DNA of 58,733 bases, filler included, from Candidatus Zhuqueibacterota bacterium (GTDB lineage: Bacteria; BS750m-G25): the NCBI GenBank assembly GCA_016783505.1. It is 4 parts of 4 records of this genome, joined end to end, with 100 filler letters (N's around TTAATTAATTAA, not from the genome) between each part and the next. Parts side by side here need not be neighbours in the genome. Positions count along the whole stretch, not along the records: positions 15,187 to 29,684 come from JADHWK010000053.1; 3 more parts are not named here. One strand, 5' to 3'. The notes under the pieces were generated by a model that worked only from the letters and a program-made list of their open reading frames with translations, searched no databases and was not told the DNA's origin. Of the stretch, positions 19,501 through 29,103 are shown in pieces. Positions within the stretch are counted from its first letter, which is position 1; the number at the start of each line of letters is the position of its first letter. The translations under genes were made by a program, and so were the position numbers.

Positions 19501-20313
19501 ATAGGGGATAAATCCCCCTAGGGAGAATTCAAGGCGGTCTGAATCGAACGAGTGTTTGTCAAACGGCATGTCAGTAGAATAGTCTATTCCGCCGAAGTAT
19601 CTCTTATCGCTACCTTCCGGTGTGGTGATGTTGATAATACCCGATTGGACCCTTCCGTACTCAGCGCTAAATCCCCCGGTTAGGATTTCGATTTCTTCAA
19701 TGTCCACGTTGGAAAAATCAAAAAGGGTTTGCCGGGAGTCTAAAGGGTCCCTCATGGCCATGCCATCCACTACAAAGAGGGTCTCGTCGGCCCTCCCCCC
19801 CCGAATGTGAATATTGCCCCGGCTATCAACTTTGAACCCTGTCTGGGTACGCAAAATTTCTTTAATATTGCTAACCGGCATTACATCTATATCCTCTTTC
19901 GAGATCCGGGCTGAATGAGAGGTCAAGTCCAACTGCACCAGGGGCTTCTCGGCCACAATGATGACCTCCTCACCCAAGTCTAACACGGTCTCTTTAAGCT
20001 TAAATTCCAGATTGGTGGTCAGGTCAATGTTCACCCTGGCTTCGGTAATGGTCATCGCCGAATAGCCCATCATGGTGGCCTTCACCGAATATTTCCCGGG
20101 CTTGACGTTGATGATGAAGAAGCTCCCTTCCAGATCGGACATCGCCCCCAGGGTGGTGCCCAGCACGATCACATTGGCCCCGGGCAACGGCAACCCGGTG
20201 GCCTCATCCACCACGCGACCGGCGATCTTCCCCGTGGTTCCAGCCATCAGGCTGGACGACCCCAAAAAATAGGCAACCACCGATCCCCAAAAGACAGCCT
20301 TTACCCATTGCAT
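16525..20313 (-). CDS. TonB-dependent receptor with a large DxNxNG-repeat insertion
   Basis: GTTGKIAGRVVD..PLPGANV N-domain; IRGGRADE and GGFSAEYG plug; PRLGIS and GNPNL; terminal F. Confidence 0.92.
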   Translation of the reverse strand: MQWVKAVFWGSVVAYFLGSSSLMAGTTGKIAGRVVDEATGLPLPGANVIVLGTTLGAMSDLEGSFFIINVKPGKYSVKATMMGYSAMTITEARVNIDLTTNLEFKLKETVLDLGEEVIIVAEKPLVQLDLTSHSARISKEDIDVMPVSNIKEILRTQTGFKVDSRGNIHIRGGRADETLFVVDGMAMRDPLDSRQTLFDFSNVDIEEIEILTGGFSAEYGRVQSGIINITTPEGSDKRYFGGIDYSTDMPFDKHSFDSDRLEFSLGGFIPYSDKILPNKLTFYFSGSAYISNTYTPFTADGHAPVGVPDSDLMDIGVELPQRQSTSYKGNIKLTYKLTDSQKLTLKLSKKQRRWDNFYDSRYGDWDANAWRYKYNPESRPFTENEVTNIGLIYTNQLSSRTFFEVTLRRYNNQTSIKPRGKDPGQFTMYRDREDYVNEIIDRNFDGVLNYQDILAGDGDIDQLITNGFYDGYVDANGNEIYDGWGEGYEDLNGNGCWDRGEDWIDVNGSGVYDYAEPFVDVPDPATGRNNLGVYDPWDPFTDLNGNGIWDPAEPQLPEQDWNHNGRWDGERFQDANGNGYWDGPFEDLNGNGRWDVGEPVGYSEGYDDRNFDGSLNVLEFAYRTTGSLIYDPGEPYLDGDMFYDTGEPFIDSPDPITGLYNGVWDPGEFYLDLPSSYTAPGFNLGIPTLNGQYDGPNGFFDEYELFTRPAGLSQVMDPRFPIYYSWDPYLQNNLYGEEWMWGDYLRYDPLHSTWHNRTTNDEGDPVFNSPNYRWDEGEWFEDYNRNGIWNGSDQFLNPGVYDPVALWHERETTEYNLKFDLTSQASKYHEIKAGAELIYRDMQMQDISYPGYPYTGDAVLPPGSPWPDRGAVRDFYRAKPWEGAVYFTDKMEFQGMILRAGLRFDFVIHDPDLIKDYKKRHYEGEIGSLREMPRSGVRRVAPRLGISHPITSRSKLYFNYGHFFQPPDYRNYYKSNTAGLNSGIAVGNPNLKYIKTVMYELGVSSQIRDDFVFDISGFYKDKFNEVGVIKERVGNFVIPRYYNSSYGRGRGVELSAEKRLSNFWRAKVNYTFMYAQGKESEAVEELVNPLSNVPENTDEHPLDWDELHGLDINASLIVGKGERISIMGIRMPSNWLLSVSTHIGSGYPYTPSKYTEEVARQELITPNSARKPWTETTDLMIEKYFMLRNTELTLGLEVHNLFNKKNVAQVFGETGSPTQRYHPDNPDYYTYYSAYTDRTDYDHNPRNFEPPRQILVRLKWSF

Positions 20314-20664
20314 TTTGCAAAACCTATTTTTAATTATAAAATAATAATTCTAAATGTCAAAATCAAGTGTTTTTTGAAACCAACCCCAAAAAAAACACAG
20401 GTTAATTCCATTTAATAGAATTGATTTGCCTAATTGAGCTATGGATGCAAGGCTAAAATAGGCTTGAAAACTGTCTAATCTGTGGAAATTTGTCTATCTG
20501 GGTTACCAAAAAACGGACAATTTTTGGACAATTATTTTGCAAAAAGTCAAGTCCCTATTTTCTCAAAATAATTTAAGTCTTTTATTGGGAAAAGTCAAGG
20601 GTTTAATAATGTACTTTCTGAATTTATCTAATCAGGATTTTTGGGAACAGCCAGATGTTTAAAG

Positions 20665-20702
20665 AAAAACAAAAGGCCTACTCAAGATGAATGAATAGGC
20701 CT
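20665..20702 (-). terminator. repeated terminator-like hairpin
   Basis: AAAAACAAAAGGCCTACTCAAGATGAATGAATAGGCC, near-identical at ~22510-22546 and ~29415-29451. The first two copies follow CTD-ending genes or remnants. Confidence 0.65.
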
Positions 20703-20729
20703 GATTAACAATAACGCAGAATTGAGGTC

Positions 20730-21170
20730 TCACTTCAACAAAACCATCTTCCTCACCTTCTGAAACTCACCCGCTTGAATTTGATAAAAATAGATCCCAG
20801 AGGAATAACCGGATGCATCCCAGCTTATCTGGTGGTAACCGGCAGGTTGATGCTCATTAACTAATGTGGCTACTTCTCCTCCGAGGATGTTAAATATCTT
20901 CAAGGTTACCTTAGATTCCTTGGGAAGACTGTATTTGATGGTGGTTGTGGGATTGAAGGGATTGGGGTAGTTTTGCAGTAAACTATAGGCTTTTGGTTGG
21001 TCTTTTTCTACCATTACTCCATTTCCTTTTAACTTTATAAGCCAGAAATCCCTATCGCCTGTTCCAAATGATGCTGTTATCCCAGCTAAAATATAACCTC
21101 CATCAGATGTCTTCCGGACTGAAAAAGCCGCATCATGCTCAGAGCCTGCAGAGGTTTTATCCCACTCCTT
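20730..21170 (-). pseudogene. remnant of a secreted beta-propeller protein with a Por/T9SS-type CTD
   Basis: TSDGGYILAG repeat plus QNYPNPFNP..KMVLLK; no signal peptide; the ORF 5' part is unrelated read-through. Confidence 0.7.
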
Positions 21171-21237
21171 ATGTTCGGGGTCTTTTGCAGCAAAATATGT
21201 GATGTTAAAGAGTTTCTTGTTTGCTTTCTTGAAAAGT

Positions 21238-22071
21238 TTATTTTGGAGTAAAACGATAGATATAACCAAATGTACCGCAAGGAACAAAAGGGTCATTTTT
21301 TAAATTGCCTAGATTATCATGTAATACTTTTGCCATGCCCATTTCTATAAAAAATCCTCTATATCCTTTAATAGAAAAATTCAGACCATACGCAACTCCA
21401 AGACAAGTATAATGATAATCAGCGCCCGGATCACTTCCGACAATTCTCTCGGACAAAAGATTTATACTTTGTTGGGTATTTTCATTATCTGAAAACTTAT
21501 ATCCAAGATTAAGATGAAACTCATTATGATCATCACCCAGATACATTCCTGCAACTCTAACACCAACTGGTCCAAACCAATACCCAAGAGCAGGATTCAT
21601 TATCATTGAGCATACCACCCCAAGCTCAGGATATGACGCATGTTTTAGATCTCTTGGTTTTTCTTCAACCATAACTGGCTCATCATAAACATCTTTTTTT
21701 AAATCTTGAGGTTTTCCTGCTTCGATTTTTTTAAAGATTTCCCGGGGCTTTATATCGATTTGATATCTAATATTATTGATTGATTCCTGAGACACTTGTT
21801 TAAGCTCTATTTTCAACTCACCAGTTTGCTCATCAAGATAAGTTATTCTAAAAACATATCTATTATCGGGTAACTTGAGTAAAACTGCTGATTGAAATCC
21901 TTTGATATTCGGAAATAATTCATATTCCTCTCTTTCTTCCTTATCAATTTCTTTACCTACATGTTCACTGATAATAATAATTTCCCCTTCTTCCTGAGCG
22001 TAAAGTTGATTAGGTGAGAAAAATAAAATACCGATGAACAACGATAATGAGAGAAGATATTTCCCAAACAT
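21238..22071 (-). CDS. secreted or outer-membrane hypothetical protein (cassette-like)
   Basis: RBS AGGAAGG before MFGKYLL; signal peptide; beta-strand-rich C-terminal half. Confidence 0.75.
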   Translation of the reverse strand: MFGKYLLSLSLFIGILFFSPNQLYAQEEGEIIIISEHVGKEIDKEEREEYELFPNIKGFQSAVLLKLPDNRYVFRITYLDEQTGELKIELKQVSQESINNIRYQIDIKPREIFKKIEAGKPQDLKKDVYDEPVMVEEKPRDLKHASYPELGVVCSMIMNPALGYWFGPVGVRVAGMYLGDDHNEFHLNLGYKFSDNENTQQSINLLSERIVGSDPGADYHYTCLGVAYGLNFSIKGYRGFFIEMGMAKVLHDNLGNLKNDPFVPCGTFGYIYRFTPK

Positions 22072-22122
22072 GGCTTCCTTCCTTTTTTTATGGTCATTTA
22101 AGGTCAATATATCAGAAATAGT

Positions 22123-22502
22123 GCCTAACCTAGGTTTATACGACCTAAAATAAATTGCAAACATGGCAAATTTGGCCGTATAAACTCAGATAAGAATTAC
22201 CAGAAATAAGCAATTAATTAACTGCAAAACAAACGGTTAAACTATGGTGGTTCTCTATACCTCTTCAGGTTTATACGGCTTAAAATGGCGTATAATATCA
22301 TCTTTCACAATCCATTTATTCATAAAGTTGAGCGTCCTATACGTCAAGTAAATAAGCATAACCCATTATTGGGTGGATTCAATCCGTCTAATATTGATTG
22401 ATTTTTATCGTTAATAATATAAATATTTCATCGAAAAAAGTCAAGCCTATAATGGGATAATTACTGAACTTATCTAATCCCGGTTTTGGTGAACAATCAG
22501 AT
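22123..22502 (-). repeat. platform copy 1: promoter, attI-like site, ~230-bp spacer, attC-like junction
   Basis: Closely similar to 24415-24793. Minus strand reads TTGACT..TATATT, ACCCAAT-AATGG-GTTATGC, then GTTTATACGGCC..GGTCGTATAAAC-CTAG-GTTAGGC. Confidence 0.75.
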
Positions 22503-22624
22503 ACTCAAAAAAAACAAAAGGCCTACTCAAGATGAATGAATAGGCCCTACCAGCAAAATCAAATTGTAAATGAAAAACTGAAATTAAATTTTTCTTTTCG
22601 GATAGCGTAACCCTGACTACCCTT

Positions 22625-22806
22625 CTACTTCAACAAAACCATTTTCCTCACCTCCTGAAACTTCCCCGCCTGAATTTGATAAAAATAAATTCCAGAGGAA
22701 TAACCGGATGCATCCCAGCTTATCTGGTGGTAACCGGCAGGTTGATGCTAGGCCACCAATGTGAACACTTCCTGACCCAAGATGTCAAATACCCTAAGGG
22801 TTACCT
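22625..22806 (-). pseudogene. isolated CTD fragment with an internal stop
   Basis: KVTLRVFDILGQEVFTLVA*HQPAGYHQISWDASGYSSGIYFYQIQAGKFQEVRKMVLLK*. Confidence 0.85.
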
Positions 22807-22829
22807 TATATCACCACAACACGTGGCAA

Positions 22830-22903
22830 GTTCAACCCCACGTTGCACACCGACCTTCACTAATCCATATGTTCCAGTCGGGTGCAACGCTTATTCGTTA
22901 GGC
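22830..22903 (-). mobile_element. attC-like integron recombination site
   Basis: Minus strand GCCTAAC-GAATAAGC-GTTGCACCCGAC...GTCGGTGTGCAAC-GTGGG-GTTGAAC: RYYYAAC and GTTRRRY ends, inner inverted repeat with one extra base. Confidence 0.65.
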
Positions 22904-23053
22904 GCGTAAGTAGTTGATATTTACTCGCTTAATATCAATTTTCTAATTAGACAAATTATCATTAGCTTCTATTTTATTATAAGTATTAAAGTTCAATTTT
23001 TTAAATAACTTATTACGAAGCACTGAATTTGAAATTTACGCTTGCGCCCTTCA

Positions 23054-23080
23054 GTCAGCTTGATTTTTATTGTTAGATGC
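23054..23080 (-). mobile_element. left half of an attC-like site
   Basis: Minus strand GCATCTAACAATAAAAATCAAGCTGAC resembles the aadA-type attC start GTCTAACAATTCGTTCAAGCCGAC; no right half is visible. Confidence 0.55.
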
Positions 23081-23344
23081 TATTTGCCTTACTCGCTAAA
23101 AATGACATCGGAAACAATTTCCTGAATAGTCTCATTGTAGGACTTGTTCTCCTGATGCACACAAGAACAAGCACCAAAGCCTTACCCGGCCAGATCAACG
23201 AGCATTCCAACGACCACCGGAACCTTATCCGGCCCAACCGATGAGCACGGAAATGATGCGAGCAGGACGTGGACTGTGCAAATGCTGGTTTATATTGTAT
23301 CTGATAAAATATGGCCAGTTATTGGAGGATTCCTTTGAACCGGA

Positions 23345-24355
23345 TTAGTCCACAAATAAATTAAAATTGAAATTGGCACCAATGGAGATAACAAATGGAT
23401 TTGAATCACTATCTAGATTGGCATAGCTCATCAGTGTGAAAAGCCGGGCATTTTCGACAATAGTATAGAAAACGCCTGCTGTGATGCCAAAACCCTCAAT
23501 AGCTTCCGCGTCTACAACTCCTGCGGAGACGGAAAAGTCGGTGTTGATGTCCTCAATTATCACGGTGGAAGTCGCATAGATGAAGTTTGCATTACCATCA
23601 CCAGTATCAACATTTTCATAGGAAATCCCAATCTTAAGGTTTTTCCGGTTGTACGTAGCATAACTGCGTATTGCATTGCCATCGGGGTCTACGCCTGGAA
23701 TTGTGGCCACAGCCTTATCATTCATAGCAGAAATACCACCGATTGTGAACCCTCCGGTGTTGTAAGAGCCACCGGCAATGTAGCCATGATCATTTTCATT
23801 AGAATCGTCTATGTATAAACCACCAACCAGTTTGAATCCACCAATATTCATTGATTCATACTGAAGAGCATTATCAGTGAAACCGTTGGTGGCACTAGAC
23901 AATCCATATGTAGCGCCACCAGCAGCATAAGCACCTCCTGCACTGATATGTGACAGGTTGTAGAAGGGGTCCATGACAAAGCCGGGGAATTTATACGCGT
24001 TGGTCATACGACCGAAGGAGACCTTGCCGAAATTGCCTTTCAAGCCGCCATAATAAAAACGCTGTTTGAAGGCGCGACCAGCTGCGTCTCCATCAGCGAA
24101 GGCTTGAGTCTGCAGATGGAAGAATGCTATGATACCATCATTGCCATACTCACCTTTTACACCGAACAGGGAGATGTTGTCCTGACCCTGGATGCCATCG
24201 ATATTAGTCCCAACACCATCCTCGTTGATGGAGTTTAGTGAATAGCGGAAATTACCGTAAATAGTTACTGCATTTGGCGGGTTACCTGCCATTGCCACAC
24301 CAGAAAGGGCAAAGAAAACCACAGTCAGAATCGGAAGAATAAGACTTTTCTTCAT
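23345..24355 (-). CDS. Gram-negative porin family protein
   Basis: Signal peptide; VTIYG; FGVKG; YGGLKGNFGKVSFGR; RBS AGGAG. Confidence 0.85.
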   Translation of the reverse strand: MKKSLILPILTVVFFALSGVAMAGNPPNAVTIYGNFRYSLNSINEDGVGTNIDGIQGQDNISLFGVKGEYGNDGIIAFFHLQTQAFADGDAAGRAFKQRFYYGGLKGNFGKVSFGRMTNAYKFPGFVMDPFYNLSHISAGGAYAAGGATYGLSSATNGFTDNALQYESMNIGGFKLVGGLYIDDSNENDHGYIAGGSYNTGGFTIGGISAMNDKAVATIPGVDPDGNAIRSYATYNRKNLKIGISYENVDTGDGNANFIYATSTVIIEDINTDFSVSAGVVDAEAIEGFGITAGVFYTIVENARLFTLMSYANLDSDSNPFVISIGANFNFNLFVD

Positions 24356-24414
24356 TTGACTAATCTCCTATGTTAAATTATTTCAATAATACCTTGATTT
24401 GATTATACTTACTG

Positions 24415-24793
24415 GCATTCTAACCTGGGTTTCGGTGTACTAATACAAAACGCAAACACGGCCAATTAGGCCGTATAAACCCATATAGAAATTCCCAGAA
24501 ACAAGCAATTAATTAACTGCAAAACAAACTGTTAACCTATAATGGTTTTCAATACCTCTTCAGGTTTACACGGCTTAAAATGGCGTATAATATCTTCTTT
24601 CACAATCCATTTATTCATAAGGCTGAGCGTCCTATACTCAAGTAAATATGCCTAACCCATTATTAGGTGGATTCAATCCGTTTAATTTTGATTAATTTTT
24701 AGCATTAATAATATAAGTTTTACATTGGAAAAAGTCAAGGTTTTAATACCATAATTTTGAACTTATCTAAATCCAGTTTTTGGGGACATTCAG
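24415..24793 (-). repeat. platform copy 2: promoter, attI-like site, ~230-bp spacer, attC-like junction
   Basis: Minus strand ACCTAAT-AATGG-GTTAGGC (24668-24650). Similarity to copy 1 ends at AAACCCAG-GTTAGAA (24424). Confidence 0.75.
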
Positions 24794-24797
24794 AAAT

Positions 24798-24830
24798 AAA
24801 AAGCCCCATCATTTGATGAGGCTTTCTTTT
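24798..24830 (-). terminator. intrinsic terminator
   Basis: AAAGCCCCATCATTTGATGAGGCTTT hairpin flanked by A/T runs, after the 24857 stop. Confidence 0.7.
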
Positions 24831-24856
24831 CTCAGAATTTATGGGAGGTCTTCTTA

Positions 24857-26602
24857 TCACTTCAACAAAACCATCTTCCTCACCTTCTGAAACTCCCCCG
24901 CTTGAATTTGATAAAAATAGATACCAGACGAATGATCCGCAGCATTCCAGTTTATCTGATGGTAACCGGCAGATTGATGCTCATCAACTAAAGTGGCTAC
25001 TTCTTGACTGAGGATGTCAAATACCTTCAAGGTTACCTTTGACTCTTTGGGAAGCCCGTATTTGATGGTGGTTATTGGATTGAAGGGATTGGGGTAGTTT
25101 TGGGAAAGTTGGTAACTTTTGGGAAAGCTTACTTCATTCACATCTGATACAATTGGTTTACCAGAGTGCCTTCTATTAATAATAATTACACAATCATAGC
25201 CCTCTATTGGGGTGCCATCATTCAAGTTGGCTGTAAGGGTCAAGACTACTTCATCACCATCTTCAACATCTCCTAGCGCTTCTACAATCTCTCTGGTTTT
25301 GAACTCTAATTTGAGGTCATTAAACCCATCCCGACCATCTGATGTACAATCACATACATCTTCAGGATCAGCGACTGGTGTGCTAACGTCTCTAATTCTC
25401 CAACGTTTGGGAGCTACACCTTGAAGTTCAATGGTTGTTACATCAATATCGTTTACATCAAAATCTTGAGTCCCAAGTATAGCTACTTTAAGCCTCTTTT
25501 CTCTTCTAACATTAAGTCGGTTAGGGCAGCGCTGAGGCTTGATGTCAATATCTACCTCTACAATAGTTACCGTAACTGTAGCATAGCCAATGGAATAGTA
25601 GTTTCCAGTAATATCCTTGCCAGTAAACCACATCTTATAGGAGAACCCATCTTTGATTACAAAAGGGGTATAAGTGCGAGTATTTCTCCAGTCAATACCA
25701 TCGTTCACGTTGAAAATCGGATTGTCGGCATCTCTGGTCCAGTCTATGCCATCCGACGAAGTGGCATAGCCGATCCCTTCGTGGCTTGCACTACCACCGC
25801 CACTATACCACATGTGATATCCATCATCGTCATTAAGTATAGTCCAAGCATAGACATATAAAGAATCCCATGCACCATCAGGACCGCTTAGCATTACTGG
25901 TTGATCCTCGTATCTCTTCCAATAGATTCCATCCAAAGAATATGCTAATGCAGTTGACTCAATCTCCCCTGGGATACAATTCATAGTTGCAACATCATAG
26001 TACATAACATATTTGTGACCCATTGGATCTTCATCGTTCCAGGTATCATATCCACCTGGGTTGTATAGCACGGTGCCCGGCCCATACGTCCCATACCACC
26101 AGCCGCAGTAACCTGTTACGAGGGGATATAAGGGGTCCTGGGAAATCGGCTGGATATTCACCCAGTTTATCCCATCAGTGGACTCAGCATATTTTATAGT
26201 CTCGGTATTGTAAGGCCAGATGCTTGGGTCAGCAAACCACATTTTATAAAAACAGGCGTCTCCCCCAAAACCCTCATGGTCATAGAGAACTTTGCAGTGG
26301 TAGCGCACGTTTCCTGTAACCGACCCCAAGTCTGCCCAAGCAATACCATCTTCTGAATAGGCGAATCCAACCATGCCAGAGCTTGTTCCATACCACATCT
26401 TGTATTTGACAGCGAGACCATGTCCGGAAAACTCGGTGGCATCGTAGAGTACGCTGGGATAATAAGCCTTTGGGTCTCCAATTAATTGACCAAATACAGG
26501 GTTGCCACTGTATTCTATCCATTCAAGCGGCCCTTGTGCGCTAGCCAGTAGTGCCAAAGCTAACACCAGAGCCATCACCTGCAATAACATTTGCTTTTTC
26601 AT
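24857..26602 (-). CDS. secreted five-bladed beta-propeller glycoside hydrolase-like protein with DIDIKP domain and CTD
   Basis: Signal peptide; repeated YKMWY..IGYAxSxDGIxW blades; QNYPNPFNP CTD. Confidence 0.8.
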   Translation of the reverse strand: MKKQMLLQVMALVLALALLASAQGPLEWIEYSGNPVFGQLIGDPKAYYPSVLYDATEFSGHGLAVKYKMWYGTSSGMVGFAYSEDGIAWADLGSVTGNVRYHCKVLYDHEGFGGDACFYKMWFADPSIWPYNTETIKYAESTDGINWVNIQPISQDPLYPLVTGYCGWWYGTYGPGTVLYNPGGYDTWNDEDPMGHKYVMYYDVATMNCIPGEIESTALAYSLDGIYWKRYEDQPVMLSGPDGAWDSLYVYAWTILNDDDGYHMWYSGGGSASHEGIGYATSSDGIDWTRDADNPIFNVNDGIDWRNTRTYTPFVIKDGFSYKMWFTGKDITGNYYSIGYATVTVTIVEVDIDIKPQRCPNRLNVRREKRLKVAILGTQDFDVNDIDVTTIELQGVAPKRWRIRDVSTPVADPEDVCDCTSDGRDGFNDLKLEFKTREIVEALGDVEDGDEVVLTLTANLNDGTPIEGYDCVIIINRRHSGKPIVSDVNEVSFPKSYQLSQNYPNPFNPITTIKYGLPKESKVTLKVFDILSQEVATLVDEHQSAGYHQINWNAADHSSGIYFYQIQAGEFQKVRKMVLLK

Positions 26603-26917
26603 TGAGTTTTCCTCCTTATTTGATTGTTGAGCGTTTTATCTCACTGATATTAGACCGCCTAAAAGCCGTGTTATTTTACATCATTTCGGCAGTCTGATCC
26701 CAATTTAATTAATTATGAAATGGTATTATTCGGTATTTTTTAAAACAACTAAAAACCCCTCCAGCCCCCCAATCTTTCTGGGTTTTTGCTGCCGTTTTCA
26801 CCGCATTCCATCAGGGGAATTCCCCTATAATCTTTTTAAAAATAAACATTATTTGGCAAATTGTCAAGGGAAAAATCATTATACTCAACGCCACCCTAAA
26901 TTAAGGTGTTTATTATT

Positions 26918-29017
26918 CTATTTCAACAAAATCAACTTCCGGGTCTGTGAAAAATCACCCGCTTGAATCTGATAAAAATAGATTCCTGATGAGTGACCAG
27001 ATGCATCCCAGCTTATCAGGTGGTAACCTGCAGGCTGATGTTCATTAACTAATGTGGTTACTTCCCGCCCCAGGATGTTGAATATTTTCAGGGTTACTTC
27101 AGATTTCTTGGGAAGGCCATATTTGATGGTGGTGATGGGGTTGAAGGGGTTGGGGTAGTTATGATGAAGAACGTAAACATCAGGCAGGATAAATCCTTCA
27201 TCTGCAATCCCAAGCTCATATACGTGAACGGTAAAACTATCACTCCAGAAAAAATAACCTTCACTGGCGATGGATATATGTATAGGAATATCCCTGCCAA
27301 CTGGGCAGTTCTCACTGATGGTCATGGTGTAGAAACCGGTATTAGTGGCAACTTCACCAGGGGGGATGTCACCGAAATAATTCCAATTGGGTAGACCAGA
27401 TACGCAGGTGTCATTAGTGCTTTGTTCTGCAGTGATGAACAAAGCCTCCGTCGTGGATCCATCATTCCTTAGTGTTATCTTGTACAACATATAATCACCC
27501 GGATTGGGAATTGTGTCAGAAGAATAAAACGTCATCCCATCATAAACAACTGGACCGATGGTGGTGAAATGTTCTTCACTAGAATAAGTTGTAATCGATT
27601 CATCTGAATCAGTCGTTCGAAGTTTAATATCAAAATAGTCTTCATCGAGTTCATCTAACCATTTTATTCCACCAAAGATGTTATCAGAAGCAAGACTATC
27701 ATTATGTAAACCGTCGTCGAACAACTGCAATGAATCTTGAAAAGTAGAATTTTCACCTTGGATTAATGCGTGGACTGTTACCTGATGATTCTCCGGATTG
27801 CTAATTTGAGCGATGAGTTTAAGTGTGTCGCCCTGCTGCGGTCGTATATATTTTGGATAAACTTCCATTAATTGTCCAAAAGCGACTGTAGTATAAGGAT
27901 TCTTATACCACACAACACTGCCTATAGCTGGCACTATTACATCGTTAATTTCGTCTCCATCTACGTCTACAACAGCGAATACTCGGGGTCCGTCCAAGTT
28001 TGCATCTATGGTATGTTTAGTCCAAGTGGGGTGATTATTTTCATACCATACAACACTAGCCCCAGAAAATCCACCTACTATTACATCCATTGTATCATCG
28101 CCATCGACATCTGTAACATATGGCCAAGTGGCTCCATCCAAGGTTGTGTCAATTATATGTTTTGTCCAATTAGGGTGATTATTCTCATACCATACAACAT
28201 CACTTCCGCTAAAATATGGTCCACCAGTCGTTGCCACTATGTCCATTGTACCATCCCCATCAATGTCACCACTATTTAGACCAAAAGCATTATTAAGACT
28301 ATTATCAATCGTGTAATTGGTCCACGATAGTCCATTGTCTTCAGTTTTATACCAAACAACTTTATTTGCATTAACCATAGTTACTACTAAATCAAGGAGT
28401 CCATCGCCGTCAATATCGGTAACGTTTAGAGATGGAGCTCCAGTTGCACCTGATTCGATGATATGTTCAGTCCAATTAGGGTGATTGTTCTCATACCAAA
28501 CAATATCACCGCCAGAATCTCCACCAGGTGTTACTACATCAAGTGTATCATCGTTGTCTAAATCGGCAACCTGCATAAAATCAGCATTATACGTGTTTTC
28601 ATCTATGATATGTCTAGTCCAGGTTGGGTGATTATTTTCATACCAAACCATTTTTCTCGCAGTGTATAATGATGCTACGACATCCAGGGTATTGTTGCCA
28701 TCCATATCGCCACTAAACGCAAAAGTCACTCCCCATGCATTTGAATCTATGGTATGTTTAATCCATTGAGGGAAATTATTCTGATACCAAATTAGTTTGC
28801 TGTTAACCCAATCTGTTACTATCAAATCCAGTTTGGTGTCACCATCCAGATCAGCAACATCTACCGATACAGCTACATTAATGTTATCATCAATAATGTA
28901 CTTTTGCCACTGCCCATAAGCTGGTTTAAAAACACCTAGTAGTGTTCCTAATATGAGGGCTACAAAGAAGTATACAGTAATGCGGTTAACTTTTTTAGTT
29001 GCTATAACACTTTTCAT
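26918..29017 (-). CDS. secreted FG-GAP/VCBS-repeat protein with CTD
   Basis: About seven DxDGDxxxD..VWYENNHPxWTKH repeats; LFDDGLHND motif; NYPNPFNP CTD. Confidence 0.88.
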   Translation of the reverse strand: MKSVIATKKVNRITVYFFVALILGTLLGVFKPAYGQWQKYIIDDNINVAVSVDVADLDGDTKLDLIVTDWVNSKLIWYQNNFPQWIKHTIDSNAWGVTFAFSGDMDGNNTLDVVASLYTARKMVWYENNHPTWTRHIIDENTYNADFMQVADLDNDDTLDVVTPGGDSGGDIVWYENNHPNWTEHIIESGATGAPSLNVTDIDGDGLLDLVVTMVNANKVVWYKTEDNGLSWTNYTIDNSLNNAFGLNSGDIDGDGTMDIVATTGGPYFSGSDVVWYENNHPNWTKHIIDTTLDGATWPYVTDVDGDDTMDVIVGGFSGASVVWYENNHPTWTKHTIDANLDGPRVFAVVDVDGDEINDVIVPAIGSVVWYKNPYTTVAFGQLMEVYPKYIRPQQGDTLKLIAQISNPENHQVTVHALIQGENSTFQDSLQLFDDGLHNDSLASDNIFGGIKWLDELDEDYFDIKLRTTDSDESITTYSSEEHFTTIGPVVYDGMTFYSSDTIPNPGDYMLYKITLRNDGSTTEALFITAEQSTNDTCVSGLPNWNYFGDIPPGEVATNTGFYTMTISENCPVGRDIPIHISIASEGYFFWSDSFTVHVYELGIADEGFILPDVYVLHHNYPNPFNPITTIKYGLPKKSEVTLKIFNILGREVTTLVNEHQPAGYHLISWDASGHSSGIYFYQIQAGDFSQTRKLILLK

Positions 29018-29103
29018 CTTTTCATCCTCCTATAAAAAAATGCCAAATTAGCAACACAAACGAGGGACGCTCCCTTTTTTTATTAATATTATTAATTTAG
29101 GGG

